Shown here: piece after piece, positions 28,374 through 37,370 of the stretch
How positions within the stretch are numbered: the stretch's first letter is position 1
How the letters are laid out: each line of letters starts with the position of its first letter
Origin: a virus
Direction: 5' to 3' (one strand)
Virus record (IMG/VR): IMGVR_UViG_3300031673_008942
Location: 1-64,000 of that record
DNA: 64,000 nt
Notes under the pieces: generated by a model
The model's input: only the letters and a program-made list of their open reading frames with translations
Told to the model about the DNA's origin: nothing
Database searches by the model: none
Made by a program: the position numbers and the translations under genes

Positions 28374-28410
28374 AAAGCTCAGTGTTCGTAATCGAATATT
28401 GGGCTTTTTT
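28374..28410 (+). terminator. Rho-independent terminator
   Basis: AAAGCTCAGTGTTCG-taat-CGAATATTGGGCTTTTTT. Confidence 0.7.
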
Positions 28411-28477
28411 ATTATTTTTTTTATAATTCCCTATTATGAGAAGGCTAATTTCCAATTATAAAAATGGAGACATTAAA

Positions 28478-28723
28478 ATGTTAACATCCCCTACTTACAG
28501 AAAAAATGTAACAGATAAAGAGCAGGAGGTCGTTGAGGCGGCGCAATTTGAGGGAGGAGCTCCTGTTTTCCGTGACGAGAAGACGTTGGTTGTAATGCGT
28601 GAACGTCAAGGCGGAGCTCAGAAAACCATGAATGCTGGTACGACCATTCGTAAAAATAATGGAGTTGTGATGCCTTGGGATGACCGTCCAGGCTCATTCA
28701 GCGAAGGCGTAGGCAAACCATAA
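28478..28723 (+). CDS. Hypothetical protein
   Basis: GGAG RBS before ATG 28478. Confidence 0.55.
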   Translation: MLTSPTYRKNVTDKEQEVVEAAQFEGGAPVFRDEKTLVVMRERQGGAQKTMNAGTTIRKNNGVVMPWDDRPGSFSEGVGKP

Positions 28724-28841
28724 AAATTTCCTTGGAAGGTTGCCAGGGATTTAATTGCAGCCGGTAAAGAGTAATTAACTCTGATGAGGCTTTGGCTAAG
28801 CGTCAGCCGGGTAATGTTGCCATTCTTTACAGGAGAAAGTA

Positions 28842-29468
28842 ATGTCGGAATCTACGAGGATTGAGAAGAAGCCAACAACCTTAAGGGGTTGGCTGATAAA
28901 AGGTGGCGGAATCACGGTTATTCTTACTTCCCTTGGCTTTGTGGGTCAGCAGGGTTGGATGGCCTATGATGCTCAGTTGAAGGGTATTGAAGCTCGTTTA
29001 GAGTCTTTTGAGTATCAGAAGATTGAGTTGGAAAAGGTTAAGTTGCAATATGGTGCCGACAAAGAGGCGCTTAAGAAGCAGAATGATTTGTTAAATAAGC
29101 GTTTAGATGTATTGCTTGATTCTAGGGATAAAGAGGAAAAGATTATTTGGGAGACTCTTACTCATCAGAATGACAAGATTCGTGATAGTGAGATTAAGGT
29201 GGGAGTGATGGAGAAGCTAATGGAGCAAGACCGACTTGTGAGGATTTTACAAACACCTATTGCTTCTCATCCAAAATTATTGTCCCCTTCAAAGCCTAAG
29301 ACTCCATCAAATACCGATACAAAAAAGAATTTAGAGAAGATTTTGGATGAGGTAAAGAAGAGTAAGAAGTCTACTAGTTCTGATGATTATAGAAATATAC
29401 AGCAGAAAAAGTGGTCTTCGAAGAATGTGAATGGTCCTTCTACTGAGCAAATGCAACAAAAGAAATGA
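28842..29468 (+). CDS. Membrane-anchored coiled-coil protein (lysis region)
   Basis: Single N-terminal hydrophobic segment followed by coiled coil. Confidence 0.5.
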   Translation: MSESTRIEKKPTTLRGWLIKGGGITVILTSLGFVGQQGWMAYDAQLKGIEARLESFEYQKIELEKVKLQYGADKEALKKQNDLLNKRLDVLLDSRDKEEKIIWETLTHQNDKIRDSEIKVGVMEKLMEQDRLVRILQTPIASHPKLLSPSKPKTPSNTDTKKNLEKILDEVKKSKKSTSSDDYRNIQQKKWSSKNVNGPSTEQMQQKK

Positions 29469-29477
29469 GGTAATGTA

Positions 29478-29726
29478 ATGAGTTGGATGGTAATTGTAAA
29501 ACCAATCATTGAGATAGTTCTTAAGTTGGTTGGCAAGAAGAAGAAAGAGGCAGATGTCTCAAAGGCTGATTCATTGGAGAAGTCGATGGATAGCGTGGAA
29601 GAGTCCCTAGAGAAAGAAGCTGAAATCAGGGAGAAGCAAAAGGATGTAAATAAAGAGGAAAATAAAAGCGAGGTGAAGGATGAGGACGGCGGTCTTAATT
29701 TCGATAATTTTAATAAGTCTGAGTAG
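29478..29726 (+). CDS. Putative i-spanin-like protein
   Basis: Hydrophobic/amphipathic N-terminus, charged helix; 3' end overlaps a lipoprotein gene. Confidence 0.4.
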   Translation: MSWMVIVKPIIEIVLKLVGKKKKEADVSKADSLEKSMDSVEESLEKEAEIREKQKDVNKEENKSEVKDEDGGLNFDNFNKSE

Positions 29727-29973
29727 TACTGGTTGTAAATCAGTCTATTACCATGAACGAATGCCAATTTTGGAGAAGCCTTTAAAACCAAAGTTGGATA
29801 ATATTCCAGGGAGCGAGGTGAAGAAAATGTCTCCTCTGGCTCAAAAAGTGGTAGCAGAAAATTTCAATAAATTGATTGACTATTCCAAGAAATTGGAGAT
29901 TGCTGTGGATGTCTACAACAAGCATGCTCTTGAGAAAAATCAGCAATTTATGAAGAAGAAAGATTCACAATAG
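29680..29973 (+). CDS. Putative o-spanin lipoprotein
   Basis: Signal peptide with lipobox-like STGC, Pro-rich mature start; 47-nt out-of-frame overlap. Confidence 0.55.
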   Translation: MRTAVLISIILISLSSTGCKSVYYHERMPILEKPLKPKLDNIPGSEVKKMSPLAQKVVAENFNKLIDYSKKLEIAVDVYNKHALEKNQQFMKKKDSQ

Positions 29974-30107
29974 TTTTATAATTGGTTTTAATAGTAATTG
30001 ACCTATGCCCATAAGGTCGGCATGACGGTAAGATACCTTATCGGACCATGTTGGGGTTATCGCAGGAGAACCTCTGAGGGCAAAAAAGCGAACATTAGGA
30101 GCTCATA

Positions 30108-30518
30108 ATGAGTGGAAGTACAACAAAGAGTTGGTGGCAATATGCCCGATGGACACAAAATATCGGTCGTAATTCCCGGATTACTGAACCTACGGGTGCG
30201 GAACTAACAGCAGTCCAGACATTTTTGAAGTCGTTTTGGAATGCGGTAACTCAAACTGGAAGTCGCCCTTGGTTGGCTACAACCTTCAACAAGAAAGCTG
30301 TAACTGCCAGTACAGACTATGTTTGTAATATCGACGTTCAGCCTACTCATGTTTTGGTTGAATTGATTGTTTCGGTTGGTCGTGATTTGGATGAGATTCC
30401 ACTTACGGATGCCGAGGCGGCTCAGGTGGATGCACTTATTACTGCGACAGATAATCGTCGTTTGGGTACAAAGCTATTTTATGGTGGCGTTGGTGGTAGC
30501 ATCGTTGCTCTACCGTAA
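30108..30518 (+). CDS. Hypothetical (probable virion) protein
   Basis: AGGAG RBS; structured leader; own terminator. Confidence 0.6.
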   Translation: MSGSTTKSWWQYARWTQNIGRNSRITEPTGAELTAVQTFLKSFWNAVTQTGSRPWLATTFNKKAVTASTDYVCNIDVQPTHVLVELIVSVGRDLDEIPLTDAEAAQVDALITATDNRRLGTKLFYGGVGGSIVALP

Positions 30519-30532
30519 CATAATTAAAATTT

Positions 30533-30560
30533 AAGGAGGGTCAATCGTGACCCTCTTTTT
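30533..30560 (+). terminator. Rho-independent terminator
   Basis: GAGGGTCA-atcg-TGACCCTC-TTTTT. Confidence 0.75.
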
Positions 30561-30578
30561 ATAAAAAGGAAATACAAG

Positions 30579-30752
30579 ATGAAAATATTAACAGTGTTGT
30601 TGGTAAGCCTATTTATTCTTTTTACTGGTTGCAGTAAGGAAGAAAAGGCAGTTGAAAAGAAGGCAGAGGAAGCGGTTGAGAAGAAGGTTGAAGAGCCTGC
30701 TAAGAAGGCAGAGGAAGCAGTTGAAAAGAAGGTTGAAGAGCCAGCTAAATAG
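30579..30752 (+). CDS. Small lipoprotein (57 aa), not in the ORF track
   Basis: AAGGA RBS; MKILTVLLVSLFILFTGC followed by KKAEEAVEKKVEEPA x2. Confidence 0.75.
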   Translation: MKILTVLLVSLFILFTGCSKEEKAVEKKAEEAVEKKVEEPAKKAEEAVEKKVEEPAK

Positions 30753-30826
30753 TTGGTAGTTTATAACAAGGTCCAAAGGGGTCTTGAAAATATTAATTAA
30801 TATTAATCAAAAAGGAGGGTCGTATC

Positions 30827-31882
30827 ATGGCCAGCGAAAAGTACATCCTAACACAAAAAGAAATGCATCTGGGTTATATAAAGGAAACCTTTGGAAGAGG
30901 GGCTATCCTTGAATATGATTCGGACAAAAGACAACTCATGGTTGATGGGCGAAAGTTTGATGAATTTAGGGATTTAGAAATCTTGAAGCGTCAATCTATT
31001 AAAAACCCAGATAATCCGTGGATTGTTGAGTATACCGATGAGCTGTTTGCGCATTATAAAGGAGTTGAGGCATTGCCATCTACATTGCCACAACCAAAGC
31101 AGCAACCTGGAACCAACATGAAAGTAGTTCAGTCAGATTCTGACCTAATTGATGAAATTGACATCAGTGATACGAAGGTGACGGATGCTTCTAGGATGGC
31201 TGCAGAGGCTAAGGCAAAGGCTGATGCGAATGGTGGTAAGATGGAAATTATTCGTGGTGATGAGACGGTAGAGGACCGTATTGCTCGTTTAGATGCTGAG
31301 GGCGAGGCTCGACGAGATAAGAAAAAAGGTAATATGGATGTTATTGCTGCTAAGGTTCAATTGAAGAATTCCCAACCTGCTAAGATGGAGATTGTTCATG
31401 ATGATAGCCTTGGAGCAATGGGGGGTAGTTCGGCATCTGCCTTAAATGCTGGAGCCCCTGTAATGTCTCGTGAGGCAGTTGAGTCGAAGACCGAAGAGGC
31501 CAAGCTAATCACGGAGTCACGTAAGCGTGAGGTGGAGATGAATCGGGAAAAGCATTTGTCTAATGAGGGCCTTGCAACTGATGACGAGTTTGAGGTTGCG
31601 CCTGCTGTTGCTACTTCGGATGGAGTGGATAGTGCTCCTGCGGATATTTCCCCAGAGGCGGCTCCCTCTGAGGCTGAGGTGCTAAAGGCTGAGAATGCTA
31701 CCTTGCAGAAGCAGATGGCTGAGATGCAGAAACAGATGGCTGCGTTGGCTCCCCAAGCCGCTCATGTTGCTACTTCATCAGAATCAGAATCAGAATCAGA
31801 ATCAGAAGTAGAGGCCGCCGTAGAGGCCGCGGAGGCTGTTGTGTCCCGTGTTCCTGTGACTGCTTCAGAGGAGCTTGCATAA
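30827..31882 (+). CDS. Hypothetical protein with acidic low-complexity C-terminus
   Basis: AAGGAGG RBS; SESESESE tract. Confidence 0.65.
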   Translation: MASEKYILTQKEMHLGYIKETFGRGAILEYDSDKRQLMVDGRKFDEFRDLEILKRQSIKNPDNPWIVEYTDELFAHYKGVEALPSTLPQPKQQPGTNMKVVQSDSDLIDEIDISDTKVTDASRMAAEAKAKADANGGKMEIIRGDETVEDRIARLDAEGEARRDKKKGNMDVIAAKVQLKNSQPAKMEIVHDDSLGAMGGSSASALNAGAPVMSREAVESKTEEAKLITESRKREVEMNREKHLSNEGLATDDEFEVAPAVATSDGVDSAPADISPEAAPSEAEVLKAENATLQKQMAEMQKQMAALAPQAAHVATSSESESESESEVEAAVEAAEAVVSRVPVTASEELA

Positions 31883-32178
31883 TGCTTTTCGAGTATGTTT
31901 GCAAAGCATGTGAAGTCGTATTTGAGGAGGATTTCCCCATTGGCAAAGCCGATGGGGAAGTCCCGTGTCCTGAGTGCGAGGAAGAGTGCAAAAGGCATTA
32001 TGGAAGTATGAGCTTTGTGCTGAAAGGTGGCGGTTGGCCTGGTAGAAATAATTCCTTCAATAAAGAGATGACTGATAGGAACGAGGCGGCAGGACGAAGG
32101 ATGCGTAAAGAGCATACTTCACCAATGAAAATGGTAGCACATGATTATGGCAATGGCGATGTGCGAGAGATTAAATGA
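31882..32178 (+). CDS. FmdB-family zinc-ribbon protein
   Basis: FEYVCKAC..FE...CPEC...FVLKGGGW. Confidence 0.8.
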   Translation: MLFEYVCKACEVVFEEDFPIGKADGEVPCPECEEECKRHYGSMSFVLKGGGWPGRNNSFNKEMTDRNEAAGRRMRKEHTSPMKMVAHDYGNGDVREIK

Positions 32179-32190
32179 TTGGAGGATTTT

Positions 32191-32445
32191 ATGTCCGAAG
32201 ATAAGTCCACGTTATATCGAACATCGGATATTCATTTTGCTGCTTTTCTTTGCTCGTTGGATGTGCCTATGAAGGCTACAGAAGATGAGATTGGTTCAGG
32301 CAAACCAAAGAAGGTTTTTGTTTTTGAAATGAGGGATGCTGATAAGCAAAGGATGAAGACCCTTTACTTTTCTGGCACTGGTACAGTTAAGGCTCGCACG
32401 TTTGTGGATAACTTGCGGTCTTTGAAATCAATGTGTTACGTATAG
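32191..32445 (+). CDS. Small conserved phage protein (DUF5659-like)
   Basis: YRTSDIHFAAFL motif; GGAGG RBS. Confidence 0.55.
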   Translation: MSEDKSTLYRTSDIHFAAFLCSLDVPMKATEDEIGSGKPKKVFVFEMRDADKQRMKTLYFSGTGTVKARTFVDNLRSLKSMCYV

Positions 32446-32455
32446 AGGTAGATAT

Positions 32456-33844
32456 ATGGATAGGATAGCTGATGATATCCTTAAACTGGCTAGGCAATTA
32501 GTTGCTGAAGAGGAAGATTCTAATTTTGCTCAAAAGGTTCAATCTCTCAGAGGCGAGGGAATGAGAAGCGTTCTTAAAAATAAGAACAAAACTTTGAAGC
32601 AAGTTGGGGTATCCAAGCCGTTGCGTCCAAGCTCCATGGTCGAAGATATAATTGATACTTTGGTTTCCATAGCCCAATATAAGAGTTCCGACAGAGAACG
32701 TGAATCATCAGGAAGGGCTCTTAATCCAAATATTTTACTTAAAGGGCTGAAAACATTACGAGGGAAGCGTAGAAAGCGTTTAAAGAATTTTGGAATTAAC
32801 GACCAAGTTCGGACGAATACGAGGGTAATTAATTTTATCAATGATGTGGTGTTTCCTTTGCTTGAGGTCTCTTATAAAGAAGATGCCGAGCAGGCTGAAA
32901 AGGATTTAGCGAAAAGGGAGACTAAGCAAGTAGACATTGGTCAGGATGTTTTACCTGCCGGGGGATTCTTTGAGCCAGTTGAAAAAGTTTTACCTGAGGT
33001 AGCGCATCAAAGAGGGCATACCAAGGAGGAGGTATATAAAGAAGCGGCCGAAGCTCAAGAGGAGATGATGGATTGGATGAATAGGGGTAAAGGAATGGAT
33101 GCAAAGTTAGGTTTGCGTCATACTTCTCCAGACCCTGAAGAATTAGCTAAGCCAGGTCCACTGCTTTTAACTGCTCCATTGAAAGGAGAAAAGAGAGCAA
33201 CTGAGAAAGTTGAATCAGATTACGATGGGGATTGGTCTCAATTAACAGATGTCGTGCGAGCAAGCGTTGCTGTAGATTCGGTTGATGAAATAGGTGTAGT
33301 CTTAGATGAGTTACGTAAGTCTGGAATGAAATTAGCGAAGCGACCTAAGGATAGGTTTGCAAACCCTACAGGTGCTGGCTATCGAGACATCTTAATGAAT
33401 GTTGAATATCCTAATGGTCATATTGGAGAGCTTCAGATTCACTTAAAGCCTATTCTGTTGGCTAAAGACGCTGGTCATGATTTGTATGAAAAAGTGAGAG
33501 AGATAGAAGCTCAGGCTAGTATAGAGGGGCGTGAAGATTTAACTGATGAAGAGCAGGTTATCGTAGACGATGCAAATGAAAAAATGAAAGAGCTTTACGA
33601 TAAGGCTTGGTTGCAATCTATTGGGCGTACCGTGGCAGGCTCTTATCATTTTGCAGTCCAGGCAGCTAAATTTTTCATGCATGGGGGCAATCCAGTTATT
33701 TGGATTAGAAATAAGTTCCCTATAATGAATGTTAAGAAAAAGACTGTGGTTGTTTATGATATGGAGAAGTTCCATAGGGAGGCAGACCCTATTAGCAGCA
33801 GAAAGTATTTAAGGGAGATGAAAAGGCGTGGTGTTTTACGATAA
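32456..33844 (+). CDS. RelA/SpoT-type nucleotidyltransferase (small alarmone synthetase-like) with N-terminal extension
   Basis: LKGEKRATEK..DY, TDVVRAS, RPKD (RxKD), GYRD, GELQIH. Confidence 0.8.
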   Translation: MDRIADDILKLARQLVAEEEDSNFAQKVQSLRGEGMRSVLKNKNKTLKQVGVSKPLRPSSMVEDIIDTLVSIAQYKSSDRERESSGRALNPNILLKGLKTLRGKRRKRLKNFGINDQVRTNTRVINFINDVVFPLLEVSYKEDAEQAEKDLAKRETKQVDIGQDVLPAGGFFEPVEKVLPEVAHQRGHTKEEVYKEAAEAQEEMMDWMNRGKGMDAKLGLRHTSPDPEELAKPGPLLLTAPLKGEKRATEKVESDYDGDWSQLTDVVRASVAVDSVDEIGVVLDELRKSGMKLAKRPKDRFANPTGAGYRDILMNVEYPNGHIGELQIHLKPILLAKDAGHDLYEKVREIEAQASIEGREDLTDEEQVIVDDANEKMKELYDKAWLQSIGRTVAGSYHFAVQAAKFFMHGGNPVIWIRNKFPIMNVKKKTVVVYDMEKFHREADPISSRKYLREMKRRGVLR

Positions 33845-34251
33845 TGGAAAAGATAGCTCAGAGATTGGCTGAAGATGCAATAGCTACCAGAATCGCTTTT
33901 ATAGTGGTAGGAAAGGCACGCCCGGATGATTTGTTTGCTGGAACTTTTTATGATATTCGTGAAAAAGCTAAGAAGTTGAAAAATCAGTGGTCGGATGAGG
34001 CTCAGGGGTATTTGAATAAAACTTTAATAAATGACCTTAATAATAAGAAGGTCAAAGTTTTAGATGCAAAGGTAAGTTTAGGTCAATATAAGGGCAGTAA
34101 GTTTGTTACGTCGGCAAAGCTTCAGGTTCAGGTTAAGGATAGAAAAGCGGCAGAAGCTTTGCTCACTTATTTACAATCTAAATACAGCCCAAAATATAAG
34201 CTGAAGAACTTTGATGAGGATAATAATATTGCGGACTATAACGTAAGGTAG
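33844..34251 (+). CDS. Hypothetical (putative internal head) protein
   Basis: TAATG coupling; N-terminal IAxRLA helix. Confidence 0.55.
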   Translation: MEKIAQRLAEDAIATRIAFIVVGKARPDDLFAGTFYDIREKAKKLKNQWSDEAQGYLNKTLINDLNNKKVKVLDAKVSLGQYKGSKFVTSAKLQVQVKDRKAAEALLTYLQSKYSPKYKLKNFDEDNNIADYNVR

Positions 34252-34257
34252 ATTGAG

Positions 34258-35136
34258 ATGGATAAGAAGAGGATTGCGAAAAAGCTTTTAGCTATTGCCA
34301 GGAATTTGGTGTCTGAAGCTACCGATAAGCAGGTTGAATTTGCCCAGGATTTGATTGAGCAGTTGGGCGAGAAAGGGGCTCCTGGTAAGTCGGCATTAAA
34401 GGCGATGTCTCCTGATGAGATTTCTAATCTTATTGATACTATGAAAAAGAGACGTGATGAAGGGGAGGGGCTTGCGACCGATAAGCAGGTTGGATTTGCT
34501 CAAGATTTGATTGAACAGACTGGCGGAAACGGACCCAATAAAGATTCTTTAAAGAAAATGGATAATAAAGAAATTTCCCAATTGATTGATTCCTTGAAGA
34601 GCAAGGAAGCCAGTTATCAGGTCTTTATTAGTTCTCGTGATTATGTCTCTCAAGTAAGTGACGAGATAGTTTCTATTATTGAGGATGGGAGAAAGCTCCC
34701 TGAAATTAAGGTGGAATATAACATCGAGTCTGGGCAAGTAGGTTCCCGTGATTCCATGGGTGTTCCTGAGGAGCCAAGTTGGGATGCTGGTCTTGATGAG
34801 CTTTATGTTGTTAATGATTCGGTAGTTGTTGAGGTGCCAATTTCAGATATTTTTAAGGAATTAAAATTGCGTGATTATCGGTCAGAGATTCAAAGACTGG
34901 CATTGAGTCTGCCGGATATTTTTAAGAGACTGAAAAGTTATGGGGGTTTGGATTTTACTGCCAATGTTGAGTTTGAGGGTAATGGGTCTGATTATGAGGA
35001 TAAGCTCACATTAGAAGGAAAGCCAAAGGGGCTTAAGATAAAGGGTAAGAATTTGAATATTTATTTAACTGATATTGATATTAAGAAGTCAGACAATGAT
35101 GAAATTGAAAATAATGTTATGGAGATAAATTACTAA
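34258..35136 (+). CDS. Putative internal head protein with duplicated ATDKQ repeat
   Basis: ATDKQV.FAQDLIEQ.G...EIS.LID x2; N-terminal IAKKLLAIARNLV. Confidence 0.6.
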   Translation: MDKKRIAKKLLAIARNLVSEATDKQVEFAQDLIEQLGEKGAPGKSALKAMSPDEISNLIDTMKKRRDEGEGLATDKQVGFAQDLIEQTGGNGPNKDSLKKMDNKEISQLIDSLKSKEASYQVFISSRDYVSQVSDEIVSIIEDGRKLPEIKVEYNIESGQVGSRDSMGVPEEPSWDAGLDELYVVNDSVVVEVPISDIFKELKLRDYRSEIQRLALSLPDIFKRLKSYGGLDFTANVEFEGNGSDYEDKLTLEGKPKGLKIKGKNLNIYLTDIDIKKSDNDEIENNVMEINY

Positions 35137-35939
35137 TGAGTGTTTTTCCTGGTACTTACATCCCCACTGGAGTGGCAAGCAGTGCTCATATGAATCATTT
35201 GATTGATGAGCTGTTGACCCCACGCTTGGCATCTTTTAGGCAGATATGTATTTATGATGAATTGGCTGTTTTATGTCCAGATAAATCTACTTGGGAGGGG
35301 ACTTTCGCTAATTGGTTGGAAGGTTTTAAATTTAGGTTTTGGAAAAACAATCAAGAGTTTGATGTTTCCTCGTTGGATTCGATTGATTATCTGTATGGCA
35401 CTTTTGTGTTTGACCCTGTCGATTTGGGTGCTGATGGGCGGACACTCGATACGATGGAAATAAGCTATGCGTTTGATTATTTTCCTGTGGCGGTTTTGGA
35501 GGGGTTGTTTAAGGCTGCAGTTCAGATTGTTAATTCGACTGCGGTAGGTCCGCCAACGAATTTTAAGATAGGTTCTAATCCTGAAGCTCCAGAATATTGG
35601 GATGGTGTTTTGGTTGATTTGGTTTTTGCTATGTGTATGGAGAAACTTTTGCTTGATTATGATTTGTGGAAGTATCGGTTAGTCTTTGCGATAGGTCCAA
35701 ATGAGGTTTATCAAGGCGGTGGTGGGGACATTACTGGCACTCTAGAGACCTTGAAGCAGAATGCAGAACAACGTGCTGAGCAGACATTGCAGAATGAAAA
35801 ATTCAAATCCGGTAATTATCTTGCTCCTCCTACTGCTGCATATTTTGCCTCCATTAGTGGAGGTGTGGGGGGAGGAATTCATGGTATTCCTTTCTTATCT
35901 GGGCGATTACGAGGATGGAAACCAAATAGTTATATTTAA
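35136..35939 (+). CDS. Putative head-tail connector/neck protein
   Basis: Position and composition only. Confidence 0.4.
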   Translation: MSVFPGTYIPTGVASSAHMNHLIDELLTPRLASFRQICIYDELAVLCPDKSTWEGTFANWLEGFKFRFWKNNQEFDVSSLDSIDYLYGTFVFDPVDLGADGRTLDTMEISYAFDYFPVAVLEGLFKAAVQIVNSTAVGPPTNFKIGSNPEAPEYWDGVLVDLVFAMCMEKLLLDYDLWKYRLVFAIGPNEVYQGGGGDITGTLETLKQNAEQRAEQTLQNEKFKSGNYLAPPTAAYFASISGGVGGGIHGIPFLSGRLRGWKPNSYI

Positions 35940-35948
35940 GGTGGTATT

Positions 35949-36317
35949 ATGGCAGATGAAATAACATATCAATTTCAGACAGTTTTGAATAATGGCAATC
36001 TTCAAGACCAATATTCATCTGGCTCAAGTTCGGCAGACCAGTCTAATGCTAAATTGATTAGAAATGTACAAACCATTGGTTTTGCGACACATGAGGCTTT
36101 AGAGTTAGGTGATGTGGCGACCCCAGGTTATGCGGTTTTTAAGAATCTAGATGACACGAATTTTGTCCAGATTGGTTTAGAGGTTGGTGGTACTTTTTAT
36201 CCATTTGCGAAGCTTAGTAGTGAGAACCAGGGGATGGTGCCTTTGGCGAACGTGACTTTTTACGCTCAGGCGGATAGTGCGGATGTAGAACTTTTTTATA
36301 TTATATATGATAGTTAA
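35949..36317 (+). CDS. Small beta-rich virion protein
   Basis: AAGGTGG RBS; neck region. Confidence 0.55.
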   Translation: MADEITYQFQTVLNNGNLQDQYSSGSSSADQSNAKLIRNVQTIGFATHEALELGDVATPGYAVFKNLDDTNFVQIGLEVGGTFYPFAKLSSENQGMVPLANVTFYAQADSADVELFYIIYDS

Positions 36318-36344
36318 AAAGCAAATCCTTTTTGGAGGTTGGTT

Positions 36345-36587
36345 ATGAAAGATATAGTGAGCAATATGGCTGAACGGATAGCTGTAGATGTTGTTGCTGC
36401 CGGTAGCGGCGACAAGGAAGAATATATGCGTTTTTTCAAGAAGAAACTTGAGAAGTACAAGGTTGACAGTCCTGCGGATTTGGAAACTGGGAAACGTAAG
36501 AAATTTTATGAAGAGGTTGATTCTGGTTGGACGTCTGATGCTGAGAGTAGTATGGCAGGTCCAAAGATTGGAAGACGCTCAAAATAA
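36345..36587 (+). CDS. Hypothetical protein
   Basis: GGAGG RBS; EYMRFFKKKLEKYKVDSPADL. Confidence 0.55.
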   Translation: MKDIVSNMAERIAVDVVAAGSGDKEEYMRFFKKKLEKYKVDSPADLETGKRKKFYEEVDSGWTSDAESSMAGPKIGRRSK

Positions 36588-36596
36588 GGAAAGATA

Positions 36597-36869
36597 ATGG
36601 GCTTTGATTTAAATGCAGAAATGAAAGAGATTGCTAATCTTATTGATGAGGCAGACCTTATCATGGCTGTGCGTAATGAAGTGAAGTCCGTTAAAGGGGC
36701 GATTGTTACAGATGGTAAGCATCAGGATAATGTTGCTTATCAAGTGATTATTCGTTGTGGGGTCGAGGATAAGAAGGTGGCAAGGCGTCTAAAAAGTAGT
36801 ATGCCAAATATTGATGTTGACAGTATAGCAACGGGGATATTAGGGGTCAATCAAAGCAGGAGGGGATAA
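36597..36869 (+). CDS. Hypothetical protein
   Basis: AAGGA RBS. Confidence 0.55.
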   Translation: MGFDLNAEMKEIANLIDEADLIMAVRNEVKSVKGAIVTDGKHQDNVAYQVIIRCGVEDKKVARRLKSSMPNIDVDSIATGILGVNQSRRG

Positions 36870-36872
36870 AGG

Positions 36873-37361
36873 ATGGCAAGTGATATTTCACCAACAACTG
36901 GTCAGGTGTATTACAGTGGTCCTTGGACGGATATTCAGAATGTTTTGAGGACTTTTGATATCGGAGAGGGGAAGCTTGCCAAGGTAACTCAGACTCTTGT
37001 AAATTTTTATCAGGAAACGATTGATAGAGATACGGATGCTCTTTTAGAACCTCTTTATCATGTTCCTTTGAGGGGAATGAATCAAGTACAGCCAGATGGA
37101 ACGACAAAGGTTGTTTTCCCTGGTGATGTGAAGAGGGCGACAATTTATTGGAGTGCTGGGCTGTTAATTTTAACAGAATTCAGTGGACTTGCTCAAAACA
37201 CTACAGAGCAGGCGACAAATTATATAGAAAGCTCTCGTAGGCAGATATATGACATAATCCGTTTTACCCACCGAATTCCAGGACAACGTCAAAAGAGCAA
37301 TATAAGTCGGACGATGCCTCCTACGCTTCAACCTCCTGATTTGCCTCAAGCAAATTTTTAA
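36873..37361 (+). CDS. Head-tail adaptor-like protein (Mu gp36/DUF1320-like)
   Basis: IDRDTDALLEPLYHVPL..P.DVKRAT pattern; neck position. Confidence 0.5.
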   Translation: MASDISPTTGQVYYSGPWTDIQNVLRTFDIGEGKLAKVTQTLVNFYQETIDRDTDALLEPLYHVPLRGMNQVQPDGTTKVVFPGDVKRATIYWSAGLLILTEFSGLAQNTTEQATNYIESSRRQIYDIIRFTHRIPGQRQKSNISRTMPPTLQPPDLPQANF

Positions 37362-37370
37362 GGAGGTAGC

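Noticed and set aside
28772-28815. Hammerhead ribozyme (CUGAUGA present)
   Set aside because: No GAAA after stem II and no stem III/cleavage triplet
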